From positions 310,001-374,000 of the IMG/VR virus record IMGVR_UViG_3300042261_002385: a stretch of 64,000 bases of DNA; one strand, written 5' to 3'. This document shows, in pieces, positions 17,586 to 28,700 of the stretch. Within the stretch, counting starts at the first letter, position 1; the number at the start of each line of letters is the position of its first letter. Both the position numbers and the translations under genes were made by a program. The notes under the pieces are model-generated. The model had not been told where the DNA came from. It made no database searches and saw nothing but the letters and a program-made list of their open reading frames with translations.

Positions 17586-19202
17586 ATGAAATTCCGTTAT
17601 GATAAATCAACTGAGGAAATTGTTGTCACATCTGCGACAAGAATCGAATACCACCAATTAAATTTGTGGTTGACTCGTCATGTGAAAGGTTACAGATATA
17701 TGCCAGCTTTTAAGATGGGTGTTTGGAATGGACAACAATCTTATTTTAAAAATGGCAGAATTAGTTTAGGTCTTTGGAGAGAAGCCATGAAAGGTTGTAA
17801 AGAGATAGACGCATCTTTCATTTTAGAAAATAAAGAAGATTTTCCACTCAACAGAGAAGTTACTTTAGAAAGTGTTCAAGATTTTTGCAAAGAATATTTC
17901 AAATTTCACAAGGTAAAAACTAAATCAGGAGAATGGATACCATTTATGCCTTATGACCATCAAATTGAATCAGCCTATAGAATTTTAAAAAACAGATACT
18001 GTATGGCAGAGGTTGCTACGTCAGGTGGTAAATCACTTATCATCTCAATAGTAATGTTTTATACACTCAAGCATATTCAACCCGAAGCTAAATTTCTAAT
18101 AATAGTTCCATCAATAACTCTTGTGACTCAATTCTATGATAATATAATGGAGTATAACTGGGGAATAAACAGCTTAGCCGAAATGAGGGAAAAGAAGTTA
18201 GATTCTATTCTTAATCCAGAAGCAAAATACACACCTTGTGATGTTAGGGTTGAAGAAGTTATGTCAGAAAGACCTCGTAAATATTCTGGAACACAGGACG
18301 CAAATGTCTTTATTGGAACTTATCAGTCTTTAGAAAAGTGGCCTAAGGAGTTCTTTCAACAGTTTCATACTGTAATTACAGATGAGGCTCACGGAGCTAA
18401 AGCAAAAACCATCACTACAATATTACACAAAACATTCAAACATGCTTATTCTAGATTTGGAGTATCAGGAACTTTTCCAGAAGATGATACTTGTGAAATT
18501 TTGACAATACAGGCGGTATTAGGTCCAAAGATTACGGAAGTATCAGCTAATGAATTAAAGGAAAAAGGCATTATTACACCTATGGAAATAAAAGCTGTAA
18601 TAATGAATCACAATGATAAAGAATTCGACGAAAGGATACAAATAATTAAAAAAGGTGGAAATGGGAAAGATGCTTTTGAATTAGAAAAAGCCTACATTCA
18701 TATTTCAGAGAAGAGATTGGATTTTATAAAAAAGATAGTTGAAAAGTGCAATTCGAACACACTTTTACTTTTTCACACAATTGACTATGGACAACAAATA
18801 TTTAGTAAATTACAAAAAGATTTACCAGGTAGAGACTACTATTACATAGATGGTGAAATTTCTGGAAAAAAACGAGAAGAAATAAAAAAACAAATGGAAG
18901 TGACCGATGGTAACATAAAAGTCTTAGTAGCATCATATGGAACACTTTCAACTGGAGTTTCTATTAATGCCATCTTTAATGTGATTTTTGCTGACTCTTT
19001 TAAATCAGAACAAATTATTATACAATCTATAGGTAGAGCACTTCGACTACACTCTGAAAAAGACAAGGCCACAATATTTGATTTAGTTGATGTTTTTGAT
19101 ATTGGCAACATGTCAAACATTCTATTTAGACATTTTAGAGAAAGAGAAAAGTTCTATCAAAAAAGACAATACCCATACAAAGTTATTAAGATTAATCTTT
19201 GA
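17586..19202 (+). CDS. uvsW: UvsW-like SF2 DNA helicase
   Basis: PYDHQ, ATSGGKS, TDEAH, SGT, GTLSTGVSI, QSIGRALR; start at 17586 follows a TATATA element. Confidence 0.92.
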   Translation: MKFRYDKSTEEIVVTSATRIEYHQLNLWLTRHVKGYRYMPAFKMGVWNGQQSYFKNGRISLGLWREAMKGCKEIDASFILENKEDFPLNREVTLESVQDFCKEYFKFHKVKTKSGEWIPFMPYDHQIESAYRILKNRYCMAEVATSGGKSLIISIVMFYTLKHIQPEAKFLIIVPSITLVTQFYDNIMEYNWGINSLAEMREKKLDSILNPEAKYTPCDVRVEEVMSERPRKYSGTQDANVFIGTYQSLEKWPKEFFQQFHTVITDEAHGAKAKTITTILHKTFKHAYSRFGVSGTFPEDDTCEILTIQAVLGPKITEVSANELKEKGIITPMEIKAVIMNHNDKEFDERIQIIKKGGNGKDAFELEKAYIHISEKRLDFIKKIVEKCNSNTLLLFHTIDYGQQIFSKLQKDLPGRDYYYIDGEISGKKREEIKKQMEVTDGNIKVLVASYGTLSTGVSINAIFNVIFADSFKSEQIIIQSIGRALRLHSEKDKATIFDLVDVFDIGNMSNILFRHFREREKFYQKRQYPYKVIKINL

Positions 19203-19218
19203 TGTAAAAGACACCCAT

Positions 19219-19227
19219 TAATATATA
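19219..19227 (+). promoter_or_regulatory. Late-type promoter TAATATATA (exemplar of more than 20 copies)
   Basis: Same 9-mer at 22507, 25742, 37079, 38467, 60198 and elsewhere, usually 4-6 nt before ATG of structural or CTS genes; reminiscent of T4 TATAAATA. Confidence 0.8.
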
Positions 19228-19231
19228 AATT

Positions 19232-21862
19232 ATGGGCAAATTAGAGGCTAAAGGAACTTACATCAGTAAAATGAACTCCACTCAGAAAAAAAACATGGAT
19301 ATCATTATTCAAGTTTTTAAGGATGGAGGCGTAACTAATCCAATTTTTATTGCAGCTGTGCTTGGTATTGTAAGTAAAGAAAGTGCTTTTACAATTCAAA
19401 GAGAAAACATGAACTATACTACTGTAGCTCGATTACAGGAGGTCTTTGGATTAGACAAAACAAAAGCTTCTGAAATTGTCGGTAATGAAAAAGCTATCGC
19501 CAACTGGGTTTATGGGGCCAAACCACATGGTCGAAACAAATCACCACACATAGGTAATACAGGTGCGAATGATGGTTATAATTATAGAGGAGGTGGATTT
19601 AATGGAATTACTTTTAAGGCAGGTTATGAAAAATACTCGGATATAGCTGGATTTGATATGGTGAAAGATCCAGACAAAATTAATAACGCGGTAGTCTCCG
19701 CCAAAATTCTTTTAAAATATTATAGAAATACAGTTCCTCAAGTTGGAAAATCATATGGTAGTGCAACTATGAATGACTTTAAAAATTTAGAAGATGCAGT
19801 TTTGTGTGCATACCACTGCACTGCTGGAACAGGTAAAAAAGTTTCTAAAATTAAAGCCCTTCTTCTCAATGATTCATTAGGTGGAATGACAAAAGCACAA
19901 CATCGAAAAGAGGAATTCTATGAATATGTAAAAAAATTCGCAGGTCTTAAAGAACCATTGGGTGCTGTTTTATCCTCTGGCTCAAGTGGAAATGCTACTC
20001 CTGAAGTTCAAGGGGTCACAGCTTCGGAACAAACTCAACAACCAGCTTCTTTACCAGCACCTCCACCACCACCACCTGATCCACGAGCAGATGGTTATGT
20101 CAAACTTGAGAAAGTTTCAGGTCCAGGTGAGATGATGGGTGAGGTTGAAGCAGAAGTTATTTTTGGTGAAACCATTTTTAAAGGACTTCAATTTGATAAA
20201 GAAGGTGATTACGTTGTAAAGGCATATCACACATTTGAAGGAGTTGAACCATTAGAATTTTTAGTGAAAGTCCAACTTAATGAAAATCCACCCTCAACTG
20301 AAAAACCAACTCAAGAAGAAGAAACTGGAAAAAGACCAATTATTACGCAAATAGACCCACCAACAATTGCTTTAGCTCCAATTCAGATGCCTGTGCCCCA
20401 AGATTCAAACAAACAAGCAAACGCTGAAACACTAAAACAGATAGGTTTGACACCATTTATCTGGTACAATGGTTATCAAATAAAAGAGAATGATATTTAC
20501 TATTTAGTTTTATATTATAAAGGAATAGTTCCGGCAGTAGAAGTGAATTTTATAGACTCAGCAGCCATTCTTAAAAAGGTAGGTTTTCCAGGTTCTGATT
20601 CAACTTTTGATGTATTCATGAATTCTGGAAGTGCAGTTCTTAAGTCTATACACTTAAGAATGAAGATAGATAACTTTCAAGAAAACCCAAACAAAACATA
20701 TACGATGACAGGAACTCTTGATTTGAGAGACTTTTATAAAGTTAACTATAGATCTTGGACCGGAACGTCTTTTGAAGTTTTAAGACAAATGTGTAGTGAA
20801 CTTAAAATTGGATACAACTCTAACATTGATAAAACCGATGATAGTATGAAATGGACCAATACAGGTATGACCTGGAGAGAATTTATGGGTGATGTGATAA
20901 GACATTCTTATATCGCAGATGACTCTTTTACTCTAGCATACATCGATTTTTATTACTGTTTAAACTATGTAGATTTAGAGAAAGAGTGGAGAAGAGATGT
21001 TAGTGCTGACGTTGGTATATCATCAACAGGAACTTCACAAATTGATACTAAAACACCGGATGCTGATAAACTACTACCACTTGTTTTAATGAATGAGAAG
21101 TCTCAGAATAGTGCGAACACTTATTTCTTGAACTACTCTGTTCAAAATAACGCTACTAATAAAGCTATTTCAAATGGTCAATTTACTATAAGTAAATATT
21201 ATGATACTGCGACTAAACAGTTTTTGATTTTCAATGTAGACTCTCTTACGACTCAGGATGATTCCAAAATAATTCTTAAAGGAAAACCAGCAGATTCGAC
21301 GGAATTAGAAACAAACTATACGACTGTATTTGGAGGTAGAGTAGATTTATCTAATGTTCATAAAAACTATCTTTATGCGGATGTTTTAAACAGTAGAAAC
21401 TTGACCGATTTGAGTAAAATTGTAGTCACTTTAGAACTACCTCAATTAAATTTCAACTTGTACAAATTTCAAAAAATTAGAATTCAATTTATCAATGAAG
21501 CTCCAACAATCGCTGAAGAAGATTTAAACCAAAAGAGAATCAGTGGGGAGTGGATGATAGTTGATATAAAATTTTCATGGCAGGCATCCGGAACAAAAGG
21601 AGAAACAGTTCAAACCGTAACCGCAGTTAGAAAAGAATTAGAGAAAATTCCAGAAGACGGTGCCACAACCACTACACAAGAACAAGCAATTCTTAAAGAA
21701 GAAAATGTTAATGAGCTGGCTGTTGAGACACCACCAAATAGCAAATATAAAGTAGATGAAATCTACATTGTTCAAGACAAAGAAGGTAAAACATATGAAT
21801 TTACTGTGACTGAAATTTTAGAAAATGGAGTGGAAGTTAAAGGTTGGTTATATGAAGATTAA
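19232..21862 (+). CDS. Baseplate hub-like protein with N-terminal GH19-like lysozyme domain
   Basis: N-terminal SKESAF..RENMNY...ANWVYG...GNTGANDGYNYRGGG aligns with the GH19 endolysin at 62442; Pro-rich linker; C-terminal region resembles gp27/late-control-D hubs (SGEWMIVDIKF). Confidence 0.65.
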   Translation: MGKLEAKGTYISKMNSTQKKNMDIIIQVFKDGGVTNPIFIAAVLGIVSKESAFTIQRENMNYTTVARLQEVFGLDKTKASEIVGNEKAIANWVYGAKPHGRNKSPHIGNTGANDGYNYRGGGFNGITFKAGYEKYSDIAGFDMVKDPDKINNAVVSAKILLKYYRNTVPQVGKSYGSATMNDFKNLEDAVLCAYHCTAGTGKKVSKIKALLLNDSLGGMTKAQHRKEEFYEYVKKFAGLKEPLGAVLSSGSSGNATPEVQGVTASEQTQQPASLPAPPPPPPDPRADGYVKLEKVSGPGEMMGEVEAEVIFGETIFKGLQFDKEGDYVVKAYHTFEGVEPLEFLVKVQLNENPPSTEKPTQEEETGKRPIITQIDPPTIALAPIQMPVPQDSNKQANAETLKQIGLTPFIWYNGYQIKENDIYYLVLYYKGIVPAVEVNFIDSAAILKKVGFPGSDSTFDVFMNSGSAVLKSIHLRMKIDNFQENPNKTYTMTGTLDLRDFYKVNYRSWTGTSFEVLRQMCSELKIGYNSNIDKTDDSMKWTNTGMTWREFMGDVIRHSYIADDSFTLAYIDFYYCLNYVDLEKEWRRDVSADVGISSTGTSQIDTKTPDADKLLPLVLMNEKSQNSANTYFLNYSVQNNATNKAISNGQFTISKYYDTATKQFLIFNVDSLTTQDDSKIILKGKPADSTELETNYTTVFGGRVDLSNVHKNYLYADVLNSRNLTDLSKIVVTLELPQLNFNLYKFQKIRIQFINEAPTIAEEDLNQKRISGEWMIVDIKFSWQASGTKGETVQTVTAVRKELEKIPEDGATTTTQEQAILKEENVNELAVETPPNSKYKVDEIYIVQDKEGKTYEFTVTEILENGVEVKGWLYED

Positions 21863-21876
21863 AAATAAAATGTAGT

Positions 21877-22509
21877 ATGAAAAAGATAATTTCAAATTCG
21901 TTTAAGTGTGAAATAGGTGACTATAACTGTTTGCAAAATTTAGACCAAACAAATATAGATTCAAATGCTAATATGATTTCAAAAATAAACTCAGAATTGA
22001 AAAATTATTACAAAGAGTTGAAAAAAAATCCATACGTTTCTTCACTCAGAATAACAATAGATGATTTAAATTTTATTGTTAATTGGGAAGCTACAATTGA
22101 CGAAAGTCCAGACGGAAGGGCGTATATAGGATTGGCCTGTAGAGGAGCATCTGGTAAATCAGATGGAGTGGATGGATCCATACATAGAGCATTTATTAAA
22201 ACTGATTCTAAGAAAAAAAAATTACTTAGAGAAGTTTCAAAGAAAACAGAAATTGCAGACATAGCTGATTTCAATTTTCAAACCAAAACATCAGGTTTTA
22301 GTATACGACAAATATTTGTTATTTACACTAATCCAGAAATGTATCCTTACTTACCTAAATCACAAAATAAAAATTTTGTCGTTGGTAAAGTAATTGAAGC
22401 AGATCCAGATAAAATTGACAACAACGGTGAACTAATCTCTTCTCTTCATTCAGGAGAAGCTTATTCTCAGATAATGAATTCATTATTTAGAAGAAACAAA
22501 ACACAATAA
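21877..22509 (+). CDS. Hypothetical protein, homologous to the N-terminal domain of 22521..25712
   Basis: NPYVSSLRITID..FIVNWEATIDESPDGRAYIGL versus NPCITAIKLNVI..WTVEWEVTIEESPDGNAYVGL. Confidence 0.75.
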   Translation: MKKIISNSFKCEIGDYNCLQNLDQTNIDSNANMISKINSELKNYYKELKKNPYVSSLRITIDDLNFIVNWEATIDESPDGRAYIGLACRGASGKSDGVDGSIHRAFIKTDSKKKKLLREVSKKTEIADIADFNFQTKTSGFSIRQIFVIYTNPEMYPYLPKSQNKNFVVGKVIEADPDKIDNNGELISSLHSGEAYSQIMNSLFRRNKTQ

Positions 22510-22520
22510 TATATAATTCG

Positions 22521-25500
22521 ATGTCAGTTAAAGTAATTAGTGATAAATTTGGTGGTTTAGGAACAGCTTGTCAGGGTAGTTGGGATGCAATGCACACCTT
22601 TTCTACAAGAAAAATTGGTGGAAATTTTGGTAAAGATAAGTCAGGTGCAAGTCTTGACAAAGGAGGCCGAATGCACTCAAAAGTATCAGAAGCTCTTAAA
22701 GCCTTTTATAAAGACTATGGTCTCAATCCTTGTATAACCGCCATAAAACTTAATGTTATTGCTTCAACTTGGACAGTAGAGTGGGAGGTGACGATAGAGG
22801 AATCCCCTGACGGAAATGCATATGTTGGTTTAAATTCTTGGGGAGGAGCCAGTGGTGGTTACCCGTCAAAAAAACCACCGTCAGGACACGCTTATAGTAA
22901 TTATAAAACAAAAAGAAAAGAAATAGGAGCAACACCAGGTGTTGTTATTGCAGATGTTTTAGACTTTCATTTTCCAGGAGGTTTCCGTCAAATATTCTTT
23001 CAACATACGGATCCGAAATATCCAAATAAACCAAAATCTGCTAATGCTAAGATAGGAACTGTAGGTGTTCAAGTTGGACCAAGTGGTTCACCTAAAAACT
23101 TACCAGAATATAATAATACTGTAGTATACACAACTTCAATAACACCAGGAGCTGCTACATCTACAACGGCTACGACAACAGAAACTCAGGGTTCTACACA
23201 AAGTGCTGGTGCTACAGCAAAAGTAGGAACAGTAGATGGAACGTCTGTGAACACTGGTGGTAGTTTTGACTTTGTCACTTTAAAAGAGTGTTTTATAAGT
23301 GTTCCACCGAGACGAGGAGGAAGTGTTCCTATTTTTATCTATTATCCTAAAAATGAAATTTTTGAAACAGATTTTGAAAAAACAGAAAACATTTTTAAAT
23401 TTAGTATAGGTGAGGATAATGTAAAAGGAACACACTCCGGTATTAAGATGGCAAACCGAGTAATCGGTTTTGATAATAAATTTTTTAAATTAAACGATAA
23501 TAAAGTTGATGAACAGATTCTGGCTCAAACAGAGTCTCCAGTTAAAGACTGGTTTAATAAATATGTTAATGTTTTTGCAAATAATCCATACTCTGATTTT
23601 AATAAACTTGTTCAAGAGGTAGTTCAAGAGATTGAATCAAGAGCTCTTTTGCCATCATCTCTTAACTTATTTCTTTATGGTGAGTCAACTAACTCCGATA
23701 CTCCTGTAATGCAGGAGATTCCTAATCTTACAGCTAATATTAAAACAATAACTTTAATGGAGGCGGTTCCAACAGTAGAGTTAGTTGATATTGCGACAAA
23801 AATTAAAGCAGCTGGTGGTAAAGTTTATTACACCTATAATCCAAAGTTATTCAATATTGATTTAACCGACATCACATTAGTGACTTCAAATCCAACAGCG
23901 GCCACATACTCATTTAAAAATGGAACAATTGGTCAAAGTTCGGCTATGTTTCCTAACTCATCTCTTATTGGTTTCACACCGTCAGTTGTGTCTAATCCAG
24001 TCGCGTCAAACTCTGGGTTAACAACAAGTTTCTGGGATTTGACACTTCCAATCTCAGTAAATAAAAATGGAGCAAACTGGGAACTAAACTTTGGAGGAAC
24101 AATTGAATCAAAAGCAGTTTTAGCCACTGGACCGACTGGATCAGAAAATTATTTGGTTCCATTTCTACCTGGTGGACTTTATAATGGATTTTCACCACGA
24201 GGATTAGTATGGTTAGATGGCAAAGTAATTCACAAAGGGCCTAAAGTGACAAATGACTTGTCGGTTTATAGAAATTTCTTCAGTAGTATATCATATGAAG
24301 ATAAAGAATGGATTTTCACAACAACAGCGACAGCTTCAGGAACTGGTTCAACAGCAACACCTGCCATTGAAGAGCTTGGAGTAACTTTTTCATTTAGACA
24401 TAGAGGTCTAAAAGATACCTTAGTTCCATTTACTTACACAAAATTATCTGACGATTTAATAAAAGCAGGTGCTTACGTTTACGATTTATCTAAAGATGCT
24501 GCGTATAATAGAACAAGAGCGGGTGGAACAGGATCTGGCTGGCCAGAATTAATTCAACAACCACCTACACTACAAAGTGCAACTGGATCCAGTCAATCAG
24601 GATCTACTGCGTCAGGTGCTACAGTCTCTGCTACTGCAAGTTTTTCAATAAGATATTTAAATTTACAAAGCACCGAAGCTGAACTTAATATAGAAATAAC
24701 TCCACAATTAGCTTTACAAATATTTTCTTACGATATTGAAAGCATTGTTGGAAAAAGTGCCAATCCAAGCCAAACACCTGCTCAAATACCAAAAATAAGG
24801 GGACAATTCGTGTTTGATGTGAGGTATAAAGATAAACTAATAAACGATCAACTAGGTGAGTTTACGATAATAGAAAAAGTCGAAATAGATCCGTTCATAG
24901 TCACCACATCAGATGATATATCTGGACTAGATCCATCATTTTTAGAAGAAGCGTTCTCTGGAGAAGAGGAGTCACTAGATGATGATGTTCCATCAGATGA
25001 CCTTAAAACTTTTTTAGGTGAGTTATACAATGAAGAAGAAGCACAATTAGAACAAGAGGCTACTCAACAAGTATCTGCATCAACAAGTGGTTCTTCAACC
25101 CTGAGTGCAAGCGGACCTGAACAAGACATAAATTTACCTGGTAAAATCAAAGTGAATAGAAGTGATGCTGAAATTTTCTGGAGTCAATTAGCTGGATATA
25201 ATGGTAAAACTGAAATACCATCTGGTAGTAACGCAGGTGATCCGGTAGCAAGATTCTTAAAGGATGTTGGTTTAGGTGTTGGAAATCCGTGGTGTATGGC
25301 ATTTGTTTACTCACAGTTTAAAGAATTCTGTAATAAAAAAGGTCTTAAAAATCCATTACCTAAAACAGGTGGTTGTAAATATTTCTGGTCACAAGCACCG
25401 AAAGACTTTAAAATTTTAGCATCAGCTGCAGCCGCTAATCCAAAACTAATAAAAGGAGGGCAAATTTTTATTAAGTCGAGAGACGGTGGAGGACACACTG

Positions 25501-25712
25501 GTATAGTTCTTAAAGCTGATGGACCAAGCCACTTCTTATCAATAGACGGTAACTCATCAGATAAAGTTAGACTTAATAGATATCAAACATCTAGTATGAT
25601 GGGATTCATAGACTTTTTCTCAAATCCATACTTTCAAGATGCTGTAGAAGAATTAGCCACACCTCTTTTGAAATCAAGTAAAATTGAAAAAGGTGGAGGT
25701 AAAGAAACTTAA
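22521..25712 (+). CDS. Large tail-associated protein with C-terminal CHAP/NlpC-P60-type peptidoglycan hydrolase
   Basis: GNPWCMAFV...GQIFI...GGGHTGIV...SIDGNS (Cys/His catalytic pair); Thr/Ser/Ala-rich linkers. Confidence 0.75.
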   Translation: MSVKVISDKFGGLGTACQGSWDAMHTFSTRKIGGNFGKDKSGASLDKGGRMHSKVSEALKAFYKDYGLNPCITAIKLNVIASTWTVEWEVTIEESPDGNAYVGLNSWGGASGGYPSKKPPSGHAYSNYKTKRKEIGATPGVVIADVLDFHFPGGFRQIFFQHTDPKYPNKPKSANAKIGTVGVQVGPSGSPKNLPEYNNTVVYTTSITPGAATSTTATTTETQGSTQSAGATAKVGTVDGTSVNTGGSFDFVTLKECFISVPPRRGGSVPIFIYYPKNEIFETDFEKTENIFKFSIGEDNVKGTHSGIKMANRVIGFDNKFFKLNDNKVDEQILAQTESPVKDWFNKYVNVFANNPYSDFNKLVQEVVQEIESRALLPSSLNLFLYGESTNSDTPVMQEIPNLTANIKTITLMEAVPTVELVDIATKIKAAGGKVYYTYNPKLFNIDLTDITLVTSNPTAATYSFKNGTIGQSSAMFPNSSLIGFTPSVVSNPVASNSGLTTSFWDLTLPISVNKNGANWELNFGGTIESKAVLATGPTGSENYLVPFLPGGLYNGFSPRGLVWLDGKVIHKGPKVTNDLSVYRNFFSSISYEDKEWIFTTTATASGTGSTATPAIEELGVTFSFRHRGLKDTLVPFTYTKLSDDLIKAGAYVYDLSKDAAYNRTRAGGTGSGWPELIQQPPTLQSATGSSQSGSTASGATVSATASFSIRYLNLQSTEAELNIEITPQLALQIFSYDIESIVGKSANPSQTPAQIPKIRGQFVFDVRYKDKLINDQLGEFTIIEKVEIDPFIVTTSDDISGLDPSFLEEAFSGEEESLDDDVPSDDLKTFLGELYNEEEAQLEQEATQQVSASTSGSSTLSASGPEQDINLPGKIKVNRSDAEIFWSQLAGYNGKTEIPSGSNAGDPVARFLKDVGLGVGNPWCMAFVYSQFKEFCNKKGLKNPLPKTGGCKYFWSQAPKDFKILASAAAANPKLIKGGQIFIKSRDGGGHTGIVLKADGPSHFLSIDGNSSDKVRLNRYQTSSMMGFIDFFSNPYFQDAVEELATPLLKSSKIEKGGGKET

Positions 25713-25754
25713 TAAAAGTTGAATCACAAGCAAGTTTTATTTAATATATAAATC

Positions 25755-28700
25755 ATGGCAAATGGACTTTCGGCTGAAGATATAGAAAACTTACGTAAAG
25801 AGGGAATTTCAATCACGGATGTTAATGTTAATACAAACGGATTATCATTAACAGGAACTGCATTTAGTTCTCCTTTGGAGAAACAAAAATATGCAATATA
25901 CTCTGCCAGGTTAACACAACAGCAACTACAAAAGATTATTTCTTTGAATTCCGGTTCACCTTGGCCACAAACTCAATTGAACCCGGAGTTTAGTAGCACA
26001 ACTGGATTTCTACCATCTGTACTACTTCAACCAACTTTACAATCTAACCCAGTAAGCTCGCAATTTTCAGCTGGTAGAGATGCAACAGGTGATGTTAAAG
26101 TTACACAAACATATGCTAATTATAAATTTGTAGATTGGAGAGGTCAGCAACTAAGTTTTCCACCAAAATCTTTGACAACAGAAGATAGATTTTATGCAGG
26201 TAAAGATCTACCAAGAAATAGTCCAATTCTAGTAGACAAACCATACTCTATGAGAGATGTTCCTTTGATATTTGGAGATGGTAGAATGGATTACTTTAGA
26301 CATGGCTTACAAGTAATAGGTGACGGAAAGGCTGTAAGTAATTTGACTCCGATTGACAACAACGCTCTTGGAGCATCGAACCAAAGGTTAGCAAACTTTA
26401 AAGAAACTCCATGGGAAAATGAAGATCCACCGATGTTTGGATTTGATATAATCTTTGATTCTTTTTCTTCTCCATTATTAAATGGATCTTTGACCGACTT
26501 CATAGCAAACTATTCAAATGTAAGTGAGATTGCATCAAAAAGACAAGTCTATGAGGAATTTAAAAATCAGTTTCAGAAATTCTTTAGAATAAATGGTGAA
26601 ATGAAAGTTGACTCTACTCAGATTGCTATGACTTCTTTATATAGTACAGTAGCTGGTGCTGATTCAGCATCATCTATACATAATCCACATAAAAAAAATT
26701 ATTTAGGTCATTATGTGAAAAAAATCTCTGGTCTGGATTTTTTAATTGAACAGAATAAAGGAGATACAATCAAATACACACCAGACTACAAAAAAGACTT
26801 TATAACACTTCAATTACGAGAGGATGTCTCTATGAATATGGGTGTTTTAGCACATCTTTATAAAACACTATATTGGTCAAAGCCAAATGGAAAGATGTTA
26901 ATACCTGAAAATCTACTTAGATTTAACTGTATAATTATCATTTCAGAATGTAGAAACTTTCAAAGAGTAAAGAAAGGTATCAAAAACCCAGAAAATATAA
27001 ACATCATAAAAGACAATCTCTCAAGATATGTTTACACACTCAGAGAGTGTCAATTTTATTTTGACAAATTGCCTCTAAACAATGAGGTCGATTTAGGAGA
27101 CCAAGGACCTACTATGTATGAAAGTTATGATGTAAATTTTGACTTTAAGTATTCGAGTGTAAAACTCGAAAGATTTGTTCCAAATGGGGATTGGGGAAAT
27201 TATGTCGGTATAGATGGTGGTTCAATTTGGAAAGTTGGTAATAAAGGAACAAGAAATTCTAGAGGAACAACAGGATCTCAAGAATTATCAACTCCGAGAT
27301 TTTTCACCGTAGGTCCTGATAACGAAACTTACACATATTATCCAAACTTAAAAATAAATGGTGAAGAAAAACCATACATAATGGCTGTTTATGGACCTAA
27401 AGCCGACCAACAAGATGAATTTAATTTTGCACAAAAGAAAAGCTCTGAGGGAACTATTGGTGGTAATAACGAAGGATCAGGAGGTCAAAACGTGGGACAA
27501 TTAGGAGCTGGAAATGATGGAACTAATAATCAGACTTCTTCATCAACAACTGGAACTGAAGCTTCGGGTGGAGGAACACCAGGTAGTGGATTAACAAGTC
27601 CAAATGGATCTAAGGCAAGCACTAATGAGGGTTCCGCAGCCGGTGGTTCTTTAGACGCACTTAAAAGTCAATCTCAACAAGCATCCGAAAGCTCTAAACA
27701 ACAAGCTGAAATTACAGCGGTCCAAGATGCTACAAATTCACAGAAAAAAATGGCTTTTGGTTCGGTTAATGCCGCACTAGGTGATGTATCATTAAGTAAA
27801 ATCACAAAAACTGTTGCTACACCTTTAAATCAAGTAGTTGCCAATAAAAGCATATCTTCTGATATTGTTTCAGGTAAGTTTTTTGACAAAATGGGTAGTC
27901 TAAAATTAGAGGATAGTCTTAAAGGAATAAAAACTGGAGGACTTGCCAATTTAAGTAGTTTAGGTGAAAGTCTTAGCGGTTCTCTAAGTGGTTCTCTAAG
28001 TGGTGGTCTATCCGGACTTAAAAGCGCTATTCCTTCATTAGATTCAGTAAAAACTAAATTTTCAGAGGCTAAAAGTAAGGCTACTAGTGGATTTTTTGAT
28101 ATAAGAGGAAATCTTAAATCTAGCTTAACTGATGGTGTAAACAAAGCCGGTTCACTATTTAAGGGACTAAGCTCACAAGCTGACGGTTTATTAGGTGGTC
28201 TCGGAGGCCAAGCTAGTGGTTTACTAGGTGGCTTGTCAACACAATTAAAAGGAGGGCTTCCGTCTTTAGACTCCGTCAAAACTAAGTTTTCTTTAGCTAA
28301 AACTCAAGCTACTAGTGGTTTCTTTGATATCAGGGGAAATCTCAAATCTAGTCTTACTGAAGGAGCAGCCGGTTTAAAAACAAAAGCTGGTGGATTATTT
28401 GGAAATTTAGGCGGTCAAGCAGAGGGTCTGCTTGGTGGTCTGACCGACAAGGTAAAATCCGCTGTTCCATCTTTAGATTCAGTTAAAACTAAATTCTCAG
28501 CAGCTAAATCACAAGCTACTAGTGGATTCTTTGATATCAGGGGAAATCTCAAATCAAGTCTTACTGAAGGATCTGAAAAGTTGACAGGTGGTGGATTATT
28601 CTCAGGACTTAGTAAACAAACAGACGGTCTGTTATCTGGATTGACTGACAAAGTAAAATCATCCGTTCCATCCTTAGATTCAGTTAAGACTAAATTCTCT

